DNA of 64,000 nt from a virus. Lineage: Duplodnaviria > Caudoviricetes. Of this stretch, positions 44,016 through 53,600 are shown piece after piece (the stretch's first letter is position 1; the number at the start of each line of letters is the position of its first letter). The notes under the pieces were generated by a model. It was given only the letters and a program-made list of their open reading frames with translations, made no database searches and was not told where the DNA came from. The stretch spans positions 1-64,000 of IMG/VR virus record IMGVR_UViG_3300033072_000728; one strand, given 5' to 3'. Both the position numbers and the translations under genes were made by a program.

Positions 44016-44110
44016 GATATGTGTTAAGAAATTAAGTTGTTGGAAAGAAGTGGTGACTGTAATTGATTTGATGACGGATGTGTCTAGAAGTTGAGTGATT
44101 TGTGTGGATT

Positions 44111-44160
44111 AAAAAGAAAAGCCGATTCCCTATTTTTCAATGGGTGATCGGCTTTATTTG
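44111..44160. terminator. Bidirectional rho-independent terminator
   Basis: AAAGCCGAT/ATCGGCTTT stem with T-rich tails on both strands. Confidence 0.75.
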
Positions 44161-45340
44161 TTTTTGGGGATTTTACAGGCGAGATATGCCATTGATGATT
44201 GGTTTAGGTGTTTCTTAGTGAAAAATAAAATTCGCATAATTTCTCACTTGGCAATTATTGACTTACATGAAAACCCAAACATTTTGTCTAACCAATTATT
44301 TTCATTAGTCACTCACTTATGCATTCATAACAACAGCAATCATTGAGATATACAGAACTGAGTTGCTAACGCAACATCAGAAATGCTTCGCATTGAATTA
44401 ATTCCGCTGCGCTTCATTAATTCAAGTTTGCTCGCATTTGTTTCTTTCATAATCTATTTTGTCTCCCTCATTCATTAAACACCAACATAACAAATTATAG
44501 AAAGATGTTGTTAGATGACTCACAATAACAACAATTATGATGCATTCATTTTAATTATTTCTGACTTACGTCTAATCAATCAAAACAACATTCATCATGT
44601 ACTCATTCAATCAATCACTACAAGAACATGCATCTATAACAATCAATGTTATGAATTAAAAACACATCATGGAAGGAAGATGGCGAGTAAATGTAGGAAA
44701 AATCCAAATAAAAAGCGATTAAGAAATCATGCTGAATCCCAAAACTATGAGAAACAACACAACTTCTTAATCGCTTTTAGATAATTCCCCAAACACATTT
44801 ACTCACTCATTTTCGCAGAGCTGTATAACATATTGTTTTAACCAATATGCATGGACTGGGTGGTTATTAGCCACAGGCGACCAGAACAAGATTTTCATAA
44901 TTGTCATGGGTCAACAATTATGTGGTGGAGGATTGACTATGTCTCACCAACTTTGCATTTTTATTAATCCACTTAAATGCAAAGCAAAACAGTTATATCA
45001 CGGTTTGGAATAATAGATTTTGCTGTTCTGGCTCTTAATCTATCCCGTGGCCGCCCTTTGTCGCAATTATCATGACGGCCCAACTTTACAAGGGGTAACG
45101 AACAATTTAGACGTTTTTGTAAACAAACCCCTTTTCATGGAACTTTCGTTCCAACAACCAATTAAAATGATGGGAAACATTACTTGCAATGGCAAGATGT
45201 TTTAATGGCACCGCTGTGGATTGGGTGTCCCATCAAGTCGTTAGATAGATCAGCTAACTTATCCTTTACCGTCACTACACCAATGAGAACGGATTTGTGG
45301 ACGGCTTCCAGGTGCCGCATACCCAAATGATCTATAAGTT
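44161..45340 (-). ncRNA. Candidate large structured non-coding RNA
   Basis: No convincing ORF over ~1.2 kb; TAAATA at 45341 and terminator at 44111; numerous hairpins incl. GGAAC-GAAA-GTTCC. Confidence 0.5.
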
Positions 45341-45346
45341 TATTTA
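45341..45346 (-). promoter_or_regulatory. Late promoter-like TAAATA motif heading the non-coding unit
   Basis: CTAAATAA downstream of terminator 45423-45458. Confidence 0.5.
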
Positions 45347-45422
45347 GTGTGTTTGTTTTAAATGTTGCCTACAAGGCCATTTTTTGATGTTTTTTTGAAA
45401 ACACCGCAGTCACAAACGACAA

Positions 45423-45458
45423 ATGGGTCAGTCAAGCAATTAAGCTCAACCGACCCAT
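45423..45458 (-). terminator. Putative terminator
   Basis: ATGGGTC/GACCCAT outer stem with inner pairing, after ORF 45487. Confidence 0.6.
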
Positions 45459-45486
45459 GTATTAAAACATAAAACTTAGTTGTTTG

Positions 45487-45777
45487 TCAAGTGTTATTTT
45501 GAATTATTTTTACATTAACACCTGAAAGTTTTGAAGAAAGTGTTGGAGTGAACTTTGATGGTTCGTCTATCTGGTATGCCACTTTTTCAACTTTTGAATT
45601 TTGGAAATTTTGTTCTACCCATTCAATTAGTATCTGGGTTATTTGTTCTGAGTTTATGATTAGAGTATTTTCAATATCTTTTGAATTCAGTTTTTTCGTT
45701 GTTTCCACTGTGATGCACTTTCTTGTTTGATCGTGAACATATTTAAGTCTAACAACGACAAAAGACCGTGAAATCAC
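45487..45777 (-). CDS. Hypothetical protein
   Basis: 96 aa, GTG start. Confidence 0.65.
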   Translation of the reverse strand: MISRSFVVVRLKYVHDQTRKCITVETTKKLNSKDIENTLIINSEQITQILIEWVEQNFQNSKVEKVAYQIDEPSKFTPTLSSKLSGVNVKIIQNNT

Positions 45778-45795
45778 GGTCTTTATTATAACCCG

Positions 45796-46119
45796 TTATT
45801 GGTTGGGTTCGTGTAGAAGATCAATGAATTGTTTGAACTTTGGCTTCAATACTTGAATCTCGATTGCAAGATTTGCCAATTCATCAAGACTCAAATAACA
45901 CCACGTTGAAGTATCACGCATGTCAAAAAGAACACTGTATTCTGGATCGCTTTGTGCAACTTCAGCATCGATACAGAATGCACAGAATCCGTTATCAACT
46001 AGATTGCACAGAATGGGGAATTGATCTTGAATCGATTCTGGCAATTCTGTAGATGACGTGATTCCATAAAAAGGATTCAATTCACATGCAGAAAACTTGG
46101 AGAAATATGGGAAAGTCAT
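45796..46119 (-). CDS. Hypothetical protein
   Basis: 107 aa ORF. Confidence 0.75.
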   Translation of the reverse strand: MTFPYFSKFSACELNPFYGITSSTELPESIQDQFPILCNLVDNGFCAFCIDAEVAQSDPEYSVLFDMRDTSTWCYLSLDELANLAIEIQVLKPKFKQFIDLLHEPNQ

Positions 46120-46396
46120 GATGGTATATTGAGGTTAAGGGTTAATCGACAATTTCAATGGTGATTTTAACTTGTTTACCGAGCAAAGATTTTAGAAAAT
46201 CATGTTGTTTAGTTTCATCCCATGATTGAAGCCAAATAAAGAAACAAGGGTCAACCTTATTTTCGTTTCCAAATTCAACAATTAATTCGCATTCTTCGTT
46301 TTCATCACCAAAAATATCAAGGGTTTCGATATTTTCAATCTTTTCAGTGTGTTCAAATACTGTGGTAGTCATGATGGTATATTGAGGTTAAGGGTT
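46114..46396. repeat. Perfect 30-bp direct repeat (46114-46143 and 46367-46396) flanking one gene
   Basis: agtcatgatggtatattgaggttaagggtt identical in both copies. Confidence 0.95.
46142..46372 (-). CDS. Hypothetical protein
   Basis: 76 aa; FFIWLQSWDETKQH. Confidence 0.8.
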   Translation of the reverse strand: MTTTVFEHTEKIENIETLDIFGDENEECELIVEFGNENKVDPCFFIWLQSWDETKQHDFLKSLLGKQVKITIEIVD

Positions 46397-46657
46397 GGAG
46401 TATCCGTGCGCCGAATACAAACTTTGAAAAGCGGGAATGTTTGGATATTCTGTTGCCAGAAAATGAATGATACTATCAAAACTATTTGAACAACATTCCG
46501 CAGTTCCCATTTCAGAAACAACGATCTGATTTTCAAAGTTTTCAAAATCAAACAATCGTCCAGCACTTTTGACTGAGTAATGAGCTGTTGAATACTCGGT
46601 TAAGATAGGAACGTGCTGTTCGAGTTCAGTGACAAGTTGTTGAAATTCGTCCTTCAT
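46388..46657 (-). CDS. Hypothetical protein
   Basis: Start 46657 (MKDEF) by ATGA overlap. Confidence 0.75.
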   Translation of the reverse strand: MKDEFQQLVTELEQHVPILTEYSTAHYSVKSAGRLFDFENFENQIVVSEMGTAECCSNSFDSIIHFLATEYPNIPAFQSLYSAHGYSNP

Positions 46658-46869
46658 TTTACTTCCTCGCAGTTGCAAAATTCCAAAGATTTGATGTGTT
46701 CGCCATATTCAGAAAGATATTGAATGGCAAGATCAAAGAATTCAGTTTGAGAAAGGTGTTGAACAGATTTACTTGGATAGTAATATCCCAGAATATCTTC
46801 CGCCACCCAGGTTGAAGATTTGTAGTCTCCAACCATCGTGATGTTTCCAATTTTCATCTTTTTAATCAT
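46654..46869 (-). CDS. Hypothetical protein
   Basis: 71 aa ORF, coupled. Confidence 0.7.
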   Translation of the reverse strand: MIKKMKIGNITMVGDYKSSTWVAEDILGYYYPSKSVQHLSQTEFFDLAIQYLSEYGEHIKSLEFCNCEEVK

Positions 46870-47141
46870 CAGATGCCATCCTTTGAGTTTGAACGAAAGT
46901 CTACCATACGTCCACCAGCATAGAATGCAATTGCAATGAAAGCGTTATTGACTGAGATAACATCTTCGTATTCCTTTGCCACAAATTTCTTTGCAGCTTC
47001 AAGAACACTTTTGATGTTGTACACAACAATTAAGTACCCATGCTTCAACGATGTTTCAGTTTGTAAGTAAACTCATTCATTTTCTTCTAACGATGTTTGA
47101 ATTCCATGAATTTCAACACTTTGGATTTTACTGGAAGACAT
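46869..47141 (-). pseudogene. 90-codon gene with in-frame TGA (47073-47075)
   Basis: MSSSKIQ...EENE*VYLQTE...SKDGI*; final stop overlaps next ATG. Confidence 0.65.
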
Positions 47142-47150
47142 ACTAGATTC

Positions 47151-47396
47151 TCACAAACCAGATTCTGGAATATAGGCAATTTGCGACAAGGTTGCACTAT
47201 CGCAGTTTAGTACCTCATCACGATAGCCCATCAGGTGATCACATGCAAGTTTGAGAAGTGAAGCCTCGTCAGTCACAAATCGAATTTTGAACCAATGTAC
47301 GAACTTTAGGTCTTCCATCAAAACCTCTTTGGTTTCAATGCCATCATCACATACGACGTTTGCAATGACGATTTTTTCAATGTTGTCAAGATTCAT
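47151..47396 (-). CDS. Hypothetical protein
   Basis: 81 aa ORF. Confidence 0.7.
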   Translation of the reverse strand: MNLDNIEKIVIANVVCDDGIETKEVLMEDLKFVHWFKIRFVTDEASLLKLACDHLMGYRDEVLNCDSATLSQIAYIPESGL

Positions 47397-47433
47397 AATT
47401 TGCTTTCAAAGTAAGGTTGTTTTGATGTGTCCA

Positions 47434-47463
47434 ACTATAGATCATGTATTTAATGAATGTCAA
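47434..47463 (-). promoter_or_regulatory. Sigma70-type promoter
   Basis: TTGACA-18 nt-TATAGT; spacer contains TAAATA. Confidence 0.6.
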
Positions 47464-47492
47464 GAAATAGTTGATCAATCTTTGTGGGTATT

Positions 47493-48536
47493 TTAGCTGC
47501 CCACCATCGAAGTCGTGACTGTAATGAGTCCCCAAGTATCGGCATATCGTGACGTGCTGGGTTCAAGAATGTTAACGGTGCATCTTGACCCAGCACTTGC
47601 AATAATTCTAGATTTCCCTGCATCGGGTGTTTCGTAAAATGTTACTTTGATAACAAGTTGAGAACCATTATCACCATTCAGGGTTTGAATTCCGTTGGTA
47701 TTCATTTGAATTTTGATACCACTAGAATTGTAACCTAATAGTCTCTGGGATTGTGGCAAGTTTAATCCCAATATCGCAAAAACCACTTCTTCACTTGACG
47801 ACAATGAATACCATCCTTTGTTTGTCAAATAAACAGAAGGTGTAGGCAATCCAGAACCAATTCTAGTGATTCCAGTATATTCTACGTTTTTGATCGAAAC
47901 TGAATCATTTGACACTGGTGAACTTAAAAACACAGAACCACATGCAGTTGCAAGGTAGTTGAATAATTGGTTAATCTTTGCAACATCACCTGTTCCACCT
48001 GTTGGATGGAACGGAGTCACTTTGATTTGTCCACCACGATTAAAAAAGTATCTTGCTTTATCTGCGCTTTCAAAATCAATGGTGTAAGTAAATTCGACCT
48101 GTCGTTTCCAAGGACTTGTGTAGGTTATTTGGTATTGTGATGTTTGTCCTTGTGCAATCGCATTCAAACTGTTTTCCATCAATGAATCTAAGTTGGTTTG
48201 AATGTTTGGAAGTGCTTTGACTTTTATTCCAGTGGCAGGAACGGGATAAGACACGTTGTTAATTGTTCCCGTCATGGGCAATACAGTTGTGCCTTGATGT
48301 AAACCTACCGTTGTAATTTCAGACAATATAGTATTCCAATCACTTGCCGTCACTGAATCACCATATTCTTTGGGAGTTAGCGTCAATACTTTACCATATC
48401 CATATTTTCCATAACCTTCACTGATTAGTGAACCTAGATTGGATACCAAATGATCATAATAACTGCCATCTTCGGTGCCTGTTAGAAAGGTGTTGAAGTC
48501 TTTTGCTTCAATCAATGATCCTGTTTGATATGTCAT
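47493..48536 (-). CDS. Virion structural protein (tail/baseplate region)
   Basis: 347 aa, G/T/S-rich; MTYQTG..I.A.DFN N-terminus; in structural operon. Confidence 0.75.
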   Translation of the reverse strand: MTYQTGSLIEAKDFNTFLTGTEDGSYYDHLVSNLGSLISEGYGKYGYGKVLTLTPKEYGDSVTASDWNTILSEITTVGLHQGTTVLPMTGTINNVSYPVPATGIKVKALPNIQTNLDSLMENSLNAIAQGQTSQYQITYTSPWKRQVEFTYTIDFESADKARYFFNRGGQIKVTPFHPTGGTGDVAKINQLFNYLATACGSVFLSSPVSNDSVSIKNVEYTGITRIGSGLPTPSVYLTNKGWYSLSSSEEVVFAILGLNLPQSQRLLGYNSSGIKIQMNTNGIQTLNGDNGSQLVIKVTFYETPDAGKSRIIASAGSRCTVNILEPSTSRYADTWGLITVTTSMVGS

Positions 48537-49753
48537 ACTCTAATCATCACTGAAGCAAGGAGTGTAGTATTTGCACCAGATTCTAGTGCTCGACCAATGG
48601 ACGGTTTTTTGTCATCAATTTGAGGGATTGCTATTCTTGCACAACCATTTTTGCCAGAAACTAATCTTGCAAACTTGGTAACATTTCCAGAAACTTTAAT
48701 TGGAGTTCGACCTGCAATGACAATTGGAATCATGACTGATTGCTCACTTGATGCTTTTGAAACAGCATTCATGACGAATCCTGGCTTGTCAGAAACAACC
48801 CCAAATACCTCATCACATTCTGTTTCTAGTTTGGTGACTTCAAACTGTCCGCCGAGTTTCACCAATGTTCCTGGCTGATATTCATAATCAGATTCATAGC
48901 ATTCTGCAATATCGGCATATGTGCTGTCAATTTTAGCACCAGTTGCCAACGTCCATACACCCCGAATAGTGCCACCAGCACCAGTATTTCCGAGATAATT
49001 GGTTAGAATTTGGTTTGTAGTTAATGTATTAACTCGGGTGCTATTGTTCCCACCAATGTTGCCTGTGTAGGTTGGCAAATATGCTGCGACTTGTGTGTTA
49101 CCGTATGCACTTGAACTTGAGGGGACTGGTGTACCATCAGAATAATAAAATGCATCTGCAACCACTTGTCCAGTGACTGTGATGGTATTAGCACCAGTGA
49201 CGCCATTAAATGCCCATTGTCCAGTGATTGTGCCATCGGTAGATGATGAGCCAGTAGTAATTGCAGTGGTTTTAAGAGAGCCGACATTGGCTTGCCCCGT
49301 GACTGTACAAGTATTTGAAATTGCAACTGTGGTTAAATTAGCAGTTCCGTTTGACTCAATGATGCTGAATTGAAGTTTATTCCCACTTGAACTAGAAATG
49401 ATGTTTCCAGAAGCAGTATGAGTCCCAACAACTGTGATATTTCCCAAAGTCACATCGCCACTTGAAGTAACAGTGCTTAAAGTCATCCAAGCATTTTGGG
49501 GAGCCTTATCATACGGACAAACATTTAATGTTGACGTATTGGTGTTGTACCACAGTTGTCCTTTGAGTGCGTTACTCGGTGGAGTATCATCTGCAAAATT
49601 TTCAATGATTCTGACAAATGCAGTTCCTTGAACTTGACCATACCCAGGATAATTTCGCCCAGGTAAACCAACCGAACAACTGGTGGTGTTAATAGTACCA
49701 TCTTGAATGGTAGTTAATGTAGTGCCATTTGCACGAATAATAATGTATGCCAT
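48533..49753 (-). CDS. Tail fibre/baseplate protein with C-terminal intramolecular chaperone (peptidase G2/IMC-like)
   Basis: G.NY.GYG...ENFA N-terminus; YADIAECY...GTLV..GG..EVT...GVVS..PG..MN C-terminus. Confidence 0.75.
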   Translation of the reverse strand: MAYIIIRANGTTLTTIQDGTINTTSCSVGLPGRNYPGYGQVQGTAFVRIIENFADDTPPSNALKGQLWYNTNTSTLNVCPYDKAPQNAWMTLSTVTSSGDVTLGNITVVGTHTASGNIISSSSGNKLQFSIIESNGTANLTTVAISNTCTVTGQANVGSLKTTAITTGSSSTDGTITGQWAFNGVTGANTITVTGQVVADAFYYSDGTPVPSSSSAYGNTQVAAYLPTYTGNIGGNNSTRVNTLTTNQILTNYLGNTGAGGTIRGVWTLATGAKIDSTYADIAECYESDYEYQPGTLVKLGGQFEVTKLETECDEVFGVVSDKPGFVMNAVSKASSEQSVMIPIVIAGRTPIKVSGNVTKFARLVSGKNGCARIAIPQIDDKKPSIGRALESGANTTLLASVMIRV

Positions 49754-49755
49754 TT

Positions 49756-50397
49756 TTAGATTGTTACCATATTAGTGAGTGATTGAATGCGAATAACATA
49801 TTCAACCATAATTTGACGATTCAGTGATTTTTGTACAGGATGAAAAATCACATGGGTTAGAAGTTTGGTTTGTTCATTGCCTGCACCATCAACTCCCCAA
49901 TTTGCAAGAATACCAATCTCATCAAAGACGAATGAACTTTCATTTTGGGTTGCATTATCAAACGCCATTTGTCCTGCGGGTTCACCATAATCCAATAGAC
50001 ATTCGATTAAAATGTCGGTATACACTTTCCCACTCAGGTGAGATATTGACATTTTGTTTCTGGTTGGATCATTGTTCAGAACACTTGTATCATCGATGAT
50101 TTTAGAATAGGTTTGATTGTATAAGGCAGCATTTTGTCCAGTTGCATTTGGTGGCAAGTATGAAATAACACCAGTTACATCAACCGAGCTAGCACCATTT
50201 CCAAAAGCCATTCTAAGAATTGATCCATTTGATCTTGATGCCAATACGTTTGCAATGGCAATTGACATATTCTCATAATTGATTGCATTCTTTTTACTGA
50301 TCAAAACTTCATGGGTGTTGACATCTTTAATTGTCAAAAACCCTTCAATGCCAACACTTTGCGCAGCAAGTGGTTTTAATTTTGGTTTGAATTTCAT
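49756..50397 (-). CDS. Baseplate-associated structural protein
   Basis: MAFGNG, FVFDEIG and HPVQKSLNR motifs typical of baseplate-type proteins. Confidence 0.75.
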   Translation of the reverse strand: MKFKPKLKPLAAQSVGIEGFLTIKDVNTHEVLISKKNAINYENMSIAIANVLASRSNGSILRMAFGNGASSVDVTGVISYLPPNATGQNAALYNQTYSKIIDDTSVLNNDPTRNKMSISHLSGKVYTDILIECLLDYGEPAGQMAFDNATQNESSFVFDEIGILANWGVDGAGNEQTKLLTHVIFHPVQKSLNRQIMVEYVIRIQSLTNMVTI

Positions 50398-50402
50398 GTC
50401 AT

Positions 50403-50537
50403 TCAGTCTCCGCGCACTTGTCTTACTAACTTATCATCAAGTTTTATTTTGACAGAAGTGCTATAGGTTACACCCGAAACTTCTTTGAATGTCTCTGAAG
50501 TCTTAGGTGGAGTTTGTTGTTTTTTAATTGTTTTCAT
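50403..50537 (-). CDS. Small hypothetical late protein (44 aa)
   Basis: MKTIKK...VRQVRGD*; TAAATA at 50548-50553. Confidence 0.6.
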   Translation of the reverse strand: MKTIKKQQTPPKTSETFKEVSGVTYSTSVKIKLDDKLVRQVRGD

Positions 50538-50547
50538 AATTTTGCTG

Positions 50548-50553
50548 TATTTA
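50548..50553 (-). promoter_or_regulatory. Late promoter-like TAAATA motif
   Basis: CTAAATA after terminator, heads structural operon. Confidence 0.6.
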
Positions 50554-50571
50554 GGTTTGATACTAGCAAAA

Positions 50572-50609
50572 AATAAGGGGCATAGTATTAAGTTACTATG
50601 CCCCTTATT
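50572..50609 (-). terminator. Rho-independent terminator
   Basis: 16-bp inverted repeat AATAAGGGGCATAGTA/TACTATGCCCCTTATT. Confidence 0.85.
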
Positions 50610-50618
50610 GTTTTTGTG

Positions 50619-53600
50619 TTATTTGTTAGTTAGAAACATTGCTGGATAAGTTTCTAACAGTTGTAATGGATCAGACATTTTGAATCCGTAGTTGTCTACA
50701 TTATCAAGAATCGCCGTATTCCAAGTAACTGAATTGTATGATGGATCAAGTTTATTAGAATCAAGAATTCCGTAGATAAGTGATCTTGCTGCAATCGCTT
50801 CACGAATTGGAGTGCAATTTGTTCCACGGGTTAGTCCAGAAATTGTATTGGTTGTAAAATTGATATTAGAGAATCTAATCATTTCACCATTAACCAACAC
50901 ATAATTTCCTTCATAGGCATATACCACCAAACTATCACCAGAAGAAACTTCACTTGATGCAATCATAATAGTTGGCATCAATTGAATAAGTTTCAATGAT
51001 AGTGCATCATCTGAAATCCATTTTCCAGTTGACCTATTGAATACCTGAACACCGACAATTTGAGTTCGATTCACTTCAGGTAACTCGATATTTCCAGAAT
51101 ATGTTTTTTCAAACACAGAAGGCTTGACTAATCGAGTAACATCAAATACCTGAATCTCATTTGCATCAATATCTACGTCAGAATAAACCCATGTTTGTGT
51201 TGACGATGGAACACGATATGTTACTTCGTTTGCCATCGCATCAACCACCGTTCGGAATTTAACTGAATCTGGGCATTCTCTGGCACTTGCTTTAGTGATA
51301 ATGACATGATCACCAGTAACAATCTCGGTCAAAATACCAATACGGTTTCCAGAATAGACTTTGATGTTGGGTTCAAACAAACGATAACCATTCAGAGTTA
51401 CCCACAATCTTGACGGATTGATTACAGTTTCGTTCTCAAATGAGAACAAATTATTCAACCACATAAAACCACCCGATGCACCTGTTACTATTCCGTTAGA
51501 ATCCACTGAAACATGACCAACATCAGAATTCGTTAGAATAGTGATAGTGTCAAGTGATGAATCGCCCAAACTGGTTGTAATTGAACTGATTTTGTATTCA
51601 TTGCCGTTTAATCCGATACCATTGCTTCCAAAACCATCAATTAAAACAATGTCATTGACCGAGAATGTATGAGCAGTCTTTTCAACTTCAAGCGATACCC
51701 CTGAATCAGTGGCAATCACTCTTAAAATTGGAACAACTCTTGCACTCATGGTTTCTAAAGTTGTTAGTTGTTGGTTTTTGATGTTATCGAAAGTAGTTAG
51801 AGTAACCATGTCCCCATTTGAACATCCTGAACTCAATACTAAACTTCCACTTGAAATAGTGTACTCAGTTGAATAAAGTCTTAGTCCATTCTTACAAACA
51901 ATCGCATTATCTGCATGGTCAGAAGAAATAGAATAACCAAACTCAAAAGTAGTTTGTCCAGAAGTTGCCACAAATTCATGGGGCTCTGCAAGACTGTATA
52001 ATCTCAGGTAAACCTTGTACTGTGTTCCAAATGCGTTCACCGTTAGCGAAGTGCGATTAGTGAGTGTGAAATCCGAGGTTTCAACACCATCCACTTTAAC
52101 TACCAGCGAATCATATGATGCATGTTGTGCAACTGAATTTGGAAGTGTAATGATATTAGAACTAGAAGTTACTATTTCAGGAACTCCAAAATCCTTCAAC
52201 TTGATTCTGACGTTTTGATTTTCCACCACTGAAGTATCGGTAATAGTTACAACGCCATTTAACACTGTCCATTCAGTTGTTTCCACCCATTGCTCAGTGT
52301 CTAGGTTTTGTAAGAATACTTGACCCCACGTAGACGTGAAAAACTGCTTCAAGCCGTGCGTCAATGTGAATGATTGTGGTGCCACGTTAGTTGTCACAAA
52401 TTCTGCAACATCTGCCGAAGGCTTGCCCATAATGGCAAATGCAACATAGTCAACATTCGGATCACCTGCTACTGAAAACACTAACTTACAGTAACCGTCA
52501 TCAGTGAATACCAATTCATAATCAGTTCCTTGAACTTGTTCAACCCCATTTCTGAAAACAGGATGAATACAATCAATAACTCTTGATGCCTGAATGGGCA
52601 CGCGAATTTCGTTTCCAATAGAAACTGGTAACATCAATGTGTTTGCTTTGAATATCTGATTTCCACCACCTGATTCAAATACTTCAACAATTGGGATGGT
52701 TGTCATGCCATCAAACACCCCAGTAGTAAACGTGATAGTTTGGTTTCTCCAATCAATCGTGTATTTTGAAGTGTCTAATAAAGTTGCAAAATTAGTTTCA
52801 GTATTTTCTGAATAAACTTGCAACAACATCGGACATGTTACTTGATTTGCAAAAGAAACCTTGTTCTCAAAGATACTAGGTCTAAAACTTACTTTCTTAA
52901 ACCCATTTGCTTTATAAACAGAATGATAACCACCAAAATCACCACTAGGTGTTGAATCAACTGTGATTGAAATAGATTCTTTGACAATACCCGAAACCAT
53001 TTCTTCAGGGCTATAACCTGCCTCAAATGATTCACCAACCAACGAATATGCTGATTTGTTATTGATAATCTTAGTTTCATTATTCCAAGTAACGCCATCA
53101 GCACTGATTAGAATGGTTTTATCATCGCCAATTGCAACCCATGTAGTAATTGAATCAAAGTATTTCACTTTTGTTAGGTTTGACGTGGTTAACGAAGTAA
53201 TTTGTGTCCAAGTATTCAAATCACTTGAAACAAACATTGTTCCTTCTGAACCAACAACCACACAACTTGTTCCACTTGAAGCAATACTAACCAAATCAGT
53301 ATTAGGAATGATTTGAACCTTCTCCCAAATTTGAGGATGGGTTGAAGTCCAAATATATCCATTAGAACTACAAGCGACTATTTTGTTAGCAAATACTGTG
53401 AAGTCAAAAATGGTTTCTTGTCCGAGCAATGATGAATCAAGTTGTTGCCAGATTGTCAAGTTCGATTCTGGATCAATTGTTCCAACAATGACAACAGCTT
53501 GGTCACTAGGGAATGAAGTTTCATCTGCTTGTGATAGCAGTTTTGCTGTACCTGTTACCAAGTATCCCTCAAATCCACCCACAATCGAAATCCATTCAAT

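Noticed and set aside
44515-44784. 89-aa plus-strand ORF (also 44140..44346 and 45020..45205)
   Set aside because: Low-complexity Asn/His/Ile-rich translation without RBS or motifs; a decayed plus-strand gene cannot be fully excluded
17192-47141. Stop-codon reassignment (genetic code 4 or 15)
   Set aside because: Internal stops include TAA, TGA and TAG; TGA and TAA are used as true stops in many ATGA/TAATG overlaps; no suppressor tRNA is seen in this window
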